Below, one piece after another: positions 26,901 through 36,473 of a DNA stretch of 64,000 bases. The notes beneath the pieces are model-generated. The model ran no database searches. It was given only the letters and a program-made list of their open reading frames with translations, and was not told where the DNA came from. The first letter of the stretch is position 1. Each line of letters starts with the position of its first letter. The stretch lies in assembly GCF_000143415.4 (NCBI RefSeq), contig NW_003314414.1, positions 220,030 through 284,029 on the forward strand. Direction: 5' to 3'. The translations under genes and the position numbers were made by a program. This stretch comes from Selaginella moellendorffii (lineage: Eukaryota; Plantae; Lycopodiophyta).

Positions 26901-28243
26901 TTGGGAATTGGAGATGCCAGATTATGAACCAACCCACCATGAGGCTGCAAGAGGCAACAATGATGACGAAGATGATGGCCATGAGAATGTCGACCCTGTT
27001 GGTGCCAATGGCGAGCAGAGTGAAGATGGCGGTGAGAACAAGATTCTTCGAGACGAAGTCGAGCAAGAGAACCAGAACGTCCAAGAAGTTCTACCTCGAC
27101 GAAAGCGAGCAAATCCACATCTGGAGGAATTAGTCAACAGTGATGATGATCGTCCAAAACGTCCCCGTAACCGAGGAACTTCTCGAGGTATATTTCTTTT
27201 TATTCTCTCCTTTTCTTAGTTCCTCAAAATGGTTGCAGCAAAAACTGTCGGGAGTAACTTCATTCCAGCTCGTCTTGATGCTCGAGAAGAGGACTTGGAG
27301 GAACTTACATCTACCACATGCCACATGATGGTATGTAAATTTTTCTTAAGTTCACATCTTATCTTTGTCTTCTCCCCCTAGATTCGCCCTGTATCTCCAG
27401 TGGCATTCCGTGGTGAAGTTGGGATCTTTATTGGCTCCTATAGTTCATTGATGGCATCTTTTGAGGAGGATGCTGAGAATATGGCTATCTGGCAAAAGTG
27501 GGAGCGCTTTTGTCAGAAGATCCATAGGTGACCACTCAAGAGCACAAACTTCATTCTCTTTGACATGCCAGATGGTCTTCCAGACGCTAATGGTGATGTC
27601 CCAAGCTGGAACAACCTGACTAAAGACCACTTGAAGGATGCATTCCTTTTGGCAGCAATTCTCCTTCACACAACCGGTCAAGTTGCCTTCATTCTCCCGA
27701 ATGACCCCCATTGGATGTCCTGCCTTATGAGGTATGCAAGTCGAGTCAACTTCAAGAGGTTCTCTTCCGGATGCATCATGGATAGTGTTGGGGTCGAGAC
27801 CAAAGGTGTCCTAGGCATGCCAGAGAAGGTAAGAAATCATTTTCTGTTTTGGTTGTCTCTAAAGTTTTATTATTCAGGTTATGATGTGGACCTACCATGT
27901 GTTTTGCAGAAAAGAAAATGACGGTTTTCGTGATAGCGAGCGTGTTGCAAGGGTTTTGCCAGGGTATGACAGCTTTACTGACATCATACCAAATCTCATA
28001 GACGACAACATCCGCAACACATTGTCTGGGTATCGGTTCCGATCTCCATCGGCGATGCATGTCCTACTTGAGCTTTATTGCCCAACTAGAGGTGTTGTCA
28101 TCGATTGCACAGCAGGTAGTGGTTCGATGGTCGAAGCAGCACGTGACTCTAGTAGATCGGTGTTTGCGATTGAAGAATATGATTTCTTCAAACGCCGTCT
28201 TCGAGGTTTTTGTCCTTCTCTATCAGTTGCTTCTAGGAGGTAA
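23971..28243 (+). pseudogene. Multi-exon cargo gene: NLS/poly-Pro, ParB/Srx-like domain, beta-class N4C/N6A DNA methyltransferase-like domain
   Basis: ATG CCG CCA AGA, intron 23983-24682, then KRKQ (MPPRKRK). ParB motif FYIIDGNHRW. Motif-IV-like FILFDMPDG precedes motif I RSPSAM...GVVIDCTAGSGSMVEAARDSSRSVFAIE. Lesions: 41-bp duplication 24721-24802 and stops at 25150, 25708 and ~27529. Confidence 0.75.
24035..24400 (+). repeat. GC-rich minisatellite (GCCCAGCACCGCCRCT / GCCRTGCCGCCGCT units) in the first intron of the ParB-MTase gene
   Basis: Tandem 14-16-bp units visible directly in the sequence. Confidence 0.85.
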
Positions 28244-28663
28244 TTTATGATGTTTTAAAAACTTTTAAATAATATATATTTAGTTTTCTATAAGTCTTCC
28301 TAGGTATGCATGGCACATCATATGCAATGTGTAAATTGAGGAGTGGTATGAAAAATCTATTTATTAATGATACATTAAAAGACAATTGAATGCAATGAGA
28401 AAGATGTGTCACATGTCAATGTGATAATGATTGTGACACTGACAGTGTCAGTGTAGCAGATAGTGACAGTGATAGTGTCAGTGACAGAGACAGTGTCAGT
28501 GTCAGAGATGACAAAGTTGCAGTGTCAGTCTGTCAAATTTCATAATTACTAGTATTATCAATTTATTATCTATAGGTAATACAATTTTGTTAATAAAAAA
28601 AAGGCGAGAGGGGGGGGGGGATGAATAATATCATAGTGTAAGAATTATTAGTGGCTGGAATTT

Positions 28664-29212
28664 TCAGTAGGATGGCCTAAAAATACCATATTCAGCACTT
28701 GTGGGTGTAGGATTTACTAACGGAATATTGTTCCTCACCATGAAATGATAATGATTGTGTGTTCTTAACTCTTTCTTGATTTTCTTATACATCCATTTAT
28801 GCACACCTTCCACACCAGTTCTTGGGCAGTTGTGACAGTGTTCTAGAAAAGTTTTTAGACCCATACAGCCTTCCGTTTTATCTAAATAAAAGTAGCAGAT
28901 GGGACACTGGAGATAATATGTGTTCATTCTTTCAAAAGTTTCAACCATATCGGGAGCAAGATCTTGAAGAAACATCTGGCATCGCTCTTGAAGCACATGA
29001 GGCAATCCATCTTTAATAGCAACATTTAGAACATTATCTGGAAGAGGGATCTCTTGTTCAGTCACACTTGGGGCTACAAAAGAAAGGGCCTCACAACGAT
29101 TGATGTATGGAGGGAAGGGTGGAATGTTGGTAGAAGTTGGAGATGGAGGTGGAGACTCATATGAAATGCATAGGGGCCAAGTGCGAGTAGCAATAGCATT
29201 TTCCCTAGCCAT
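28664..29212 (-). CDS. 182-aa Zn-finger protein (CPxC...H...H; zf-XS/SGS3-like spacing), paralogue 1
   Basis: Intact ORF with QCPICYFYLDKTEGCMGLKTFLEHCHNCPRTGVEGVHKWMYKKIKKEL; strong paralogy with 29471-30025. Confidence 0.7.
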   Translation of the reverse strand: MARENAIATRTWPLCISYESPPPSPTSTNIPPFPPYINRCEALSFVAPSVTEQEIPLPDNVLNVAIKDGLPHVLQERCQMFLQDLAPDMVETFERMNTYYLQCPICYFYLDKTEGCMGLKTFLEHCHNCPRTGVEGVHKWMYKKIKKELRTHNHYHFMVRNNIPLVNPTPTSAEYGIFRPSY

Positions 29213-29470
29213 TCCTACACTCTAAACAAACTGAAATTTCAATGTTGAAAGCATCCCTTGTTGGTATTTATACTAAGAAAAGATCTAGGGGTTCTTGAAA
29301 GTTTAAATTGTCAGTCTCAAAAATGGGACTTCAGAATTATAACAGTGTCAGAACCACTTGTATATATAATAATATCTTTATACATGCTAGAATAATATCA
29401 TTCTCGAAAACATAAGATTCTCCACTTTACTCATAAAGAATTAACCTTTTGAAAAAACTATGCATGACTT

Positions 29471-30025
29471 TCACATTACATTAAAGGGTGGCCTAAATAT
29501 CCCATATTCAGCACTTACTGATGCAGTGTTCACCAATGGAATATTGTTCTCCACCATGAAATCATAATAGCTGTGTGTTTTTAATTCTTTCTTGATTTTC
29601 TTATACATCCACGCATGCACACCTTCCAAACCTGCTCTTGGGCATTTGCGACAATGCTCAATAAAACTTACCAAACCCATGCAACCATCTGTCTTGTTTA
29701 AATAAAAGTTGCATATAGGACACTGAAGATAATATGTATCTACATTAAGCTCCCCTGCCATATCTGGAGCAAGATCTTGAAGAAAATATTGACATCGCTC
29801 TTGAAGCATTGGAGGCAATCCAACTTTTTTAACAACATCATAAGGAAGGAGTTTTTGTTCAGTTGCACTCGAGGTCGCAAATGGAAGAGCCTCACAACAG
29901 CCCTCAAAATGAAAAGGAGGATTGTTGCGTAGAGGTGAAGGTGGATTATTGGTTGAGATTGGAGATGGAGGTGGAGACTCATATGAGAGGCCTTCGGGAC
30001 CAAAAGTAAACTTCTTCCTAACCAT
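29471..30025 (-). CDS. ~184-aa Zn-finger protein, paralogue 2
   Basis: Intact ORF from ATG 30025; shares SYESPPPSP, LQERCQxFLQDLAPDM, YYLQCPIC and SAEYGIFRP with paralogue 1. Confidence 0.7.
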   Translation of the reverse strand: MVRKKFTFGPEGLSYESPPPSPISTNNPPSPLRNNPPFHFEGCCEALPFATSSATEQKLLPYDVVKKVGLPPMLQERCQYFLQDLAPDMAGELNVDTYYLQCPICNFYLNKTDGCMGLVSFIEHCRKCPRAGLEGVHAWMYKKIKKELKTHSYYDFMVENNIPLVNTASVSAEYGIFRPPFNVM

Positions 30026-30446
30026 TGCAAGACACAAGAAAAATTAAACTTCCTAGCAATAAGAATTCTCTCATTAATATACTATATTTCAATCTCGGGA
30101 ATGATGTTTTATTATGACATGACACTATAGTGAATGATAATTGTCAGTCTTAGTAATTACAACCTACTATGAGAAACAAGTGGCTATAGGGTTTCAGAAG
30201 CTAAAAACTAGCATATAATTAATATGTAGCCTTATTTTATATAGTTGGCCTGCCATATATAATAATAGCGAATATACACAGGCACGTGAGTATGCCTTTT
30301 TGCAAGATTACCTTTCAATCCCAAAATCATATATAGATTTAATTCTATCTTTGCAAAGACAAAACATATCAAAAGGAATAAGATATATATAAAAAACTTA
30401 CATTTTTTTATAATATTTTAGTGGATTACAAAAGCCATTGAAAGGT

Positions 30447-30692
30447 TTATAGAGTGGATTTATTAGTGCTTTCCGTTGTGCTGTCCATTTTTTCTTTTCT
30501 CTTGCTCTGGATTGTTGTTTCGGAAGTAACAGGAGCATTTTTATCAATAGTGACAGTGGTCTCCACATTCCCGGATGGGTAATAAGGACCAGGCGTGTAA
30601 TATGGAGATTGTGGTAGTGAAACAAAATTCACATTCTCACATTTCTGTATGCTAGAACTACTTACAGATTTTTTGTCTTCCTTGCTTCCCAT
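30447..30692 (-). CDS. 81-aa 'SPYYTPG' microprotein (MULE cargo)
   Basis: SLPQSPYYTPG...NAPVTSETTIQSK...DSTTEST matches the Sola-element microprotein; TATATAAAT and TTAGGGTTT lie upstream. Confidence 0.7.
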   Translation of the reverse strand: MGSKEDKKSVSSSSIQKCENVNFVSLPQSPYYTPGPYYPSGNVETTVTIDKNAPVTSETTIQSKRKEKMDSTTESTNKSTL

Positions 30693-31151
30693 CTCTATAA
30701 ACCCTAAAGAATGAACGAGTGAATCAGTGTTTCGAATTATTTATATATTTCTGGTCAATTGTTGAAATGTTAAAATGTTGAAATGTACAATAGAAATTTT
30801 CCGGTTCATTCGAACTTCAATATTCCCATTTTATTTGGGACCAATAAAGCCCAAAAATTTCTATGGGTTCAAACGAACTTCTAATTCTAGAAATTGTATA
30901 AACTGCATTAGAAAGATTCAAAAAATAAAAATCTCTCTGAACCATTGATACTTAAACTCATAAATTTCAAGTTCACCAAAGAATAACATTTTTCTGACTT
31001 AATATTTCCTTATAAAACTTATGGTTGACTATGTTGACTAGCATTGACTTGAGCTGAATTGAGCTCAACTCGTGAGCTCAACTCAACTTTGGACCATCCC
31101 CGTCTAGACCTCTTTCTCTTGCTTCACATTTGACTTGCTTTAGTGGACAAA

Positions 31152-31827
31152 TGTAGCGCATGTGATCATGGGATGAGATTTGGATATATTGTCACCGTGG
31201 ATCCTTGGAACCTTGGGGGATAAATGGGGATAAAATAGCCACTAAGGGCTCTCTCATCAAACAATTGCCCCTTTTCCAGTTGGCTTAAGGGGAGAGAGAT
31301 AAGGTGCGCTACAGTTGGTATCGGAGCAAATAGCACGGGTTCGATTCCCATTGATTAGTGGCTACTTAAAAAGTATAATATACCCTTGAGCAAAGTATAT
31401 TCCTACCCCTAAAATTTGAAATCGTATGTATTGGGCATCCATGCGTACGTCCTTCCTCTTGTGTGGAGTATCCACGGACGAAGGTATCCACCGTGGGACT
31501 GCGGTACGGGTGAATGACTAGTTGCCTCATATGGAATAGCTGGTGTACACAATGGAAGGATTGGTAGATTGAGTGCGGAAATGGAGGTGCTGGTTCCCCT
31601 TGGCTTAGTAGGGGTTGCTAGTCAATAGTCAATGAGGACATTGACATCTCTGAAGGGGGGGTGAGTGTAGCGCATGTGATCATGGGATGAGATTTGGATA
31701 TATTGTCACCGTGGATCCTTGGAACCTTGGGGGATAAATGGGGATAAAATAGCCACTAAGGGCTCTCTCATCAAGCAATTGCCCCTTTTCCAGTTGGCTT
31801 AAGGGGAGAGAGATAAGGTGCGCTACA
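31152..31827 (+). mobile_element. TRIM (terminal-repeat retrotransposon in miniature)
   Basis: 162-bp LTRs 31152-31313 and 31666-31827 (TGTAGCGCA...TGCGCTACA, one mismatch seen); PBS TGGTATCGGAGC; PPT GAAGGGGGGGTGAG; TSD ACAAA. Confidence 0.95.
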
Positions 31828-31984
31828 ACAAACAACTGCATCTCATGATTTTGGCTTGCCTACCTTATTTATTATCCTTCTCCACATATAACCACGTCTC
31901 ATCACATTTTCTTCAATTTCCAAAGATGGGCAATCCTCCATACATACCCCAGTAATGCAATTTCTAACTTCTTTCATTCATCCT

Positions 31985-32650
31985 TCAGCTTCTTTTTCCA
32001 AATCTAGCCTTAGTGTATACTCTACCTCTTTTAAGTAGTAGATGAACATCAACCCATTGCCTATCTTTCCAATTGTCCATGTCTCCTGCAACTCTCACAA
32101 TTGTCTTGATAAAGTTCTCTTTCAAAGCCACCCATCCATTCCCAAGCATGAAGCCTTTCTTGCTTAATTTGTGAAGTTTAATTTGGATCTTTGTGAAAAT
32201 ACTTGCAAGAAACAATTTCATGTCCTTGTCTTTGCATTCAAACCTTCTGCCCCAGTAGTTGTGGCTTTTTTGAGTGTCAATTGATAATAAATATTTTGGA
32301 GATGAATATGTTTCTTTCAATAGTGTTGGCACTATCAACTCCTTAAGTAGGTTATGCCAATTCCCATCCCATCCCAAGGCAATATCACTCGCATCTCATG
32401 GAGCACTCCATGATTGTACTCCACTATTTTGTCTTGGTTCCCACATTGTTCTTGCAATTGATATTTAACTTCTTTTTGGCTTCTATGTTTTTGGAACTGA
32501 TGTCAGGTAAGAGGATTTTGCCAACCTTATCTAGGGGTATGACCTTGTTGTGACTTGCACCTTGTACCAATTTTGAGACATTCCCGTGGCATTTGTTGTT
32601 CAGTTCTTCCAAGAAACCAACATGGTTTTTATCCTCCTTAAATCTTTCCC
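31985..32650 (-). pseudogene. Degenerate coding remnant of unknown identity
   Basis: In-frame ORF pieces 31985-32377 and 32424-32612; no recognisable motif. Confidence 0.25.
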
Positions 32651-32920
32651 TTGAGTGGCCACCACCTCAAAACAAAAGTCTGCTATATCATTTCCAAGTT
32701 TAAGTACTTGCCTAACAAGACGAGGAGGAGAAAAATCTTTGTTACTTAGCCATCAAATGCATTACCCAATTCAGGCAATCAAGCATTACCACATATTCTT
32801 TGTGGTTTGCTCTAGATTGGTTTTTTGGGACATCTATAAGATGTTGCTGATGTTTGTTTAAGCAATTTAAGTTCTTTTGTATTATTAATCAGGATTTATT
32901 TAGATTGGCTGGTGCGATAG

Positions 32921-34798
32921 TGTAAGAAACCAAAAGGAACAACTTGAGAGACGATCCATGGGTTCAAATATAGAGGGAAAGAGCCCATGAATAAGAGTGC
33001 ACCCCCTTTTCCAATCGGTTAAAGGTCTTGGGATATTTGGGGTTAAGCGTCCTTAGGTTTGAATAGTACTGGGCTGGGTGACCTCCCGGGAAGTCCAAAC
33101 TCAGGAGCTTACATTTGGTATCAGAGCGGTCTTGGGTCCGACTCTGTTGGTTGGCTAGGGGAATCACACCACATATTGATTGACATCTGGCTGTGAGACA
33201 CAAAATCCCTAGGCCCCAAAGTGGAGCTGGAAGGGCACCACGTGGTAGAAAAGCTCCAACTTGAAAGGTCGAGAGCGGGAGTGGAACTCCCAACAAAGTG
33301 CTCGAGGACTAAAAGCTCCGACTTGAAAGGTCGAGAGCGGGAGTGGAACTCCCAACAAAGTGCTCGAGGAATGAGCACAAAGCGAGAGATGGAGTCCGAG
33401 ATGGAGTCCGAGATGGGGTCCGAGATGGAGTCTGAAATGGAGACCGGGACCGAGACCGAGGCCGAGGCCGAGTCTGAGAGGGTGAAAGCCCAAAGCGTTC
33501 GTCTCCCAGACCCTGGGGGGTTTGGTGACCTCCAAAAGTATAGTAGGGGGAGGACTGCAGTGGAGCCAGTTTGGCCAGGAAAGGCCAGTTTGGCCCAGGA
33601 AGGCCGGACCCAGTGTTGGGTGATGAACTGCCCACTGGGAAGTCCAAGACTAGAGTGAACACGGACTGACAAGCGGGGTAGCTTGGTGAAGTGTTCAAGA
33701 GCCGGCTCTAGTTCCCCCGGGAGATCGACTGGCCGATGCTCCCAGTCCAAGTGTGGGTGGCACTACCTACTTGGATACCTGTCGTGGCTCAACGGAACCT
33801 CGCTCTAAGCCCATGGCTAGAGCACCTAAAGGCGAAAGGCAGGGAGAGTACCCATGAGGCTTGCGTAAGGCCATGGTGTTCCGAAATGTTATCCCAAAGT
33901 CCCAAACGGTGAAAGGGAAGAGGAGTAGGCCTCTAATGTAGTGACCAAGGATATGGTCACATGGTGAGGAAGTCCCAAAGGATAGTGGGACTTAGTGGTC
34001 GGGCCTGCGGGCCTTGATCCAGTGGCAGTGTTGGTGAACACGGCCATGGACGAGAAGGGACTTGGTGGGGACTGGAAAAGAGATGTCGGGGAAGGCTATT
34101 CCCCATATCTGTGGGCATCCTAGGGATGCTAAGGAGTGGATCTGGGATGATCACTCACGGACGGATGGCCCGGTCTTTGAGAGACGGGACTATGATGCCG
34201 TTGGCGTTAGACCAAAGGTGTGACCAAGGTGAATGGGCATGGCCTTAGCGTAACGGGCCAATATGTCGGGGGTACCTTGGGGTGTCAGTCATGGGATCGG
34301 ACACGTGGAGCACTTGGACCAAGTGCAAAGGTGGAGTGGCACGGAGGCCATTCTCGGGGCTAGCAAGCTCCAAGTCCTAACTGGGACTTATGGAGGTTGT
34401 GAATGAGACTCCTCCAAGTGGTCGGAGGTGCGGTTAAGTGACTAAAGTAAAATGGAAAAATTAATCGCTTATACTGGCTAGTCCAGTTTGCTCCCGCTAG
34501 GCTCGACCCAAGGGTAGGGTGTCAAGAGAGCGGGGCTCTTGGGAGAGCTGCGGCTCTCAGCTTCCGTTCACGAGGGTGTGAATTTGCAGGGAAGTGTGGT
34601 GGATTATAAGCAACCAAAGGGAACGACTTGAGAGACGATCCATGGGGTTCAAATATAGAGGGAAAGGGCCCATGAACAAGAGTGCACCCCCTTTTCCAAT
34701 CGGTTAAGGGTCTTGAGATATTTGGGGTTAAGTGTCTTTGGGTTTGAATAGTACTGGGCTGGGTGACCTCCTGGGAAGTCCAAACTCAAGAGCTTACA
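32921..34798 (+). mobile_element. Cassandra-like non-autonomous LTR element with 5S rRNA-derived segments in its LTRs
   Basis: LTRs 32921-33113 and 34605-34798; PBS TGGTATCAGAGC; TSD GATAG; 5S-like GTTAAGCGT...TAGTACTGGGCTGGGTGACCTCCCGGGAAGTCC at 33041-33096 and ~34726-34781. Confidence 0.92.
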
Positions 34799-36473
34799 GA
34801 TAGTACAGATAGTTAGTAGGAATGAGTGTTTATTAGTCTTGCTTATTAGTCTTGCTGTATTCATTCTATTCTGTTAATTGTTGCTCGAGTTAGTTCTATT
34901 AGATTATGATGTTATTTCCTTTGGGTGATACATTTGAGAGCATTTTACTTATTTGACAATGATCTTTTAATTGTTTTTTATAAGTTTTTTGGTATACTAT
35001 CTACAATCTTTGGTAGTTAAGTTTTATCATTAAGTTTTCTTAATGATATATTTGCTGTTGAATTTTGTTGGATGGTGAATCTTATATTTCCAACTATAGT
35101 GATCTTGGTAGTTTCTATACTCTAATACTAGTTTATTAGATGTTAACTTACTTAGAATACTTTTATGTTCTAATTTAAGATTTATTCACTGATAATTAAG
35201 TCTCTTAGATATCATTGTCTTTAACTTTGATATTGTCCATCTATTGATATTTGGGTTTAGGCTAATATAAGTAGACTGGCTTTAGAACTTCATGTGTATA
35301 ATGAAATCTCTAGTCATGGGGTAACTATTGTTAACTAGTCATATCATTCACCTCTTTCATGATGTTCTTTATTTTGTTAAAAGGGCATGACCATGTAAAC
35401 AACTCTAACTATTTGTTTATAGTAGTTTATCTAAACTTTACTTACGGGTTTGGTTTCTTTAGTTAAAGGCATCTAACTTCTCTCTCTCATGTTAGACCAC
35501 CGGTATGGTAAAATAATGCTAAACTCTATTTGGATTTGTTTTGCATGCTAGTCTTGGCATTGGGATGTTAGATGCTTTAGGACTATTTTTGCTCTTATCC
35601 TTTCACTCTTTGGGCTGTACGCTTGGGAGTTACTCCGTGCTTTAATACCTTCTCTGCTTGGCTCCATGTTTAGGAGTTTTGCTCTATTCCATCATTTAAT
35701 GGCCTAAGGCCTTAAAACTTGGGTTTTGCTCCATTGTCCTTGGATATGTGGCATGTGGCACATGGGATGTCATATGTGGCATATGGAGAGTTTAAGTTCT
35801 GCTTCATAATTATTATATGGTAAATCACCATAGGATAAAAATTGAAAACCACATAAGTTATATGTTTGGATCTATATTTATATTTATATTTTATTTGTCA
35901 AATTTACTTAGAAATATAGATTATATGATTTACAATGTTTTTCTAGTGTTTGAGAAGTCATGAGCTCAACTCATAAACTCAAAACTTACCTAGGTTCTAA
36001 TATATATAGTTATCTTTACAGTAATTTCCCACTCAATTATTGATGCTTCTTCATAGTACATAATATACTAGATTGAGATCTCAGCTCACTTGCAAGCTAG
36101 CTGTCATTCTCCTAATGCAAAATGACTTGAGCTCACAAGCTTGATAAAACTTCATTAAACTTTTTGAGAGATTTCTAATAGGAATGCCCACAGTTCAGCT
36201 CCTCAGTTCAAGAGTCATAAGACACTCTCATGAGCCAAGGAAACAAATTCCCTTCATTTGATAAGGGCAACACTAAAAAAATATGAAAATCCTGCAAAAT
36301 TGGAGCTTGCTTGTCATATGCAGGAACTAGAAGACAATCAGTTTCAGCAAGTGTCGGACGGATCGACTGACAGCTGCTGCGAGATGTCAGCTTCTACTGT
36401 TGCCAAGGTGTTAAGCCCGTCAGAAACGGAAGGATGGTAAGTTATGTAAGAGCTTAGCTAACTCCATTTATTT

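Larger units (their letters stand above)
19195..31104 (-). mobile_element. Mutator-like (GCM-MULE-SWIM) DNA transposon with cargo genes
   Basis: Imperfect TIRs (TA)GACGAGCGTGGACCATACTTGAG vs (TA)GACGGGGATGGTCCAAAGTTGAG. Subterminal GAGTTGAGCTCACGAGTTGAGCTCAATT at both ends in inverted orientation. Flanked by TA on both sides. Internal MULE transposase. Confidence 0.8.

Noticed and set aside
33041-33096. Bona fide 5S rRNA gene
   Set aside because: Only the internal ~56 bp resemble 5S, and it sits within paired LTRs
33221-33658. ORF within the Cassandra-like interior as gag
   Set aside because: Made of tandem repeats (EMES, ETEA) with no gag or zinc-knuckle motif
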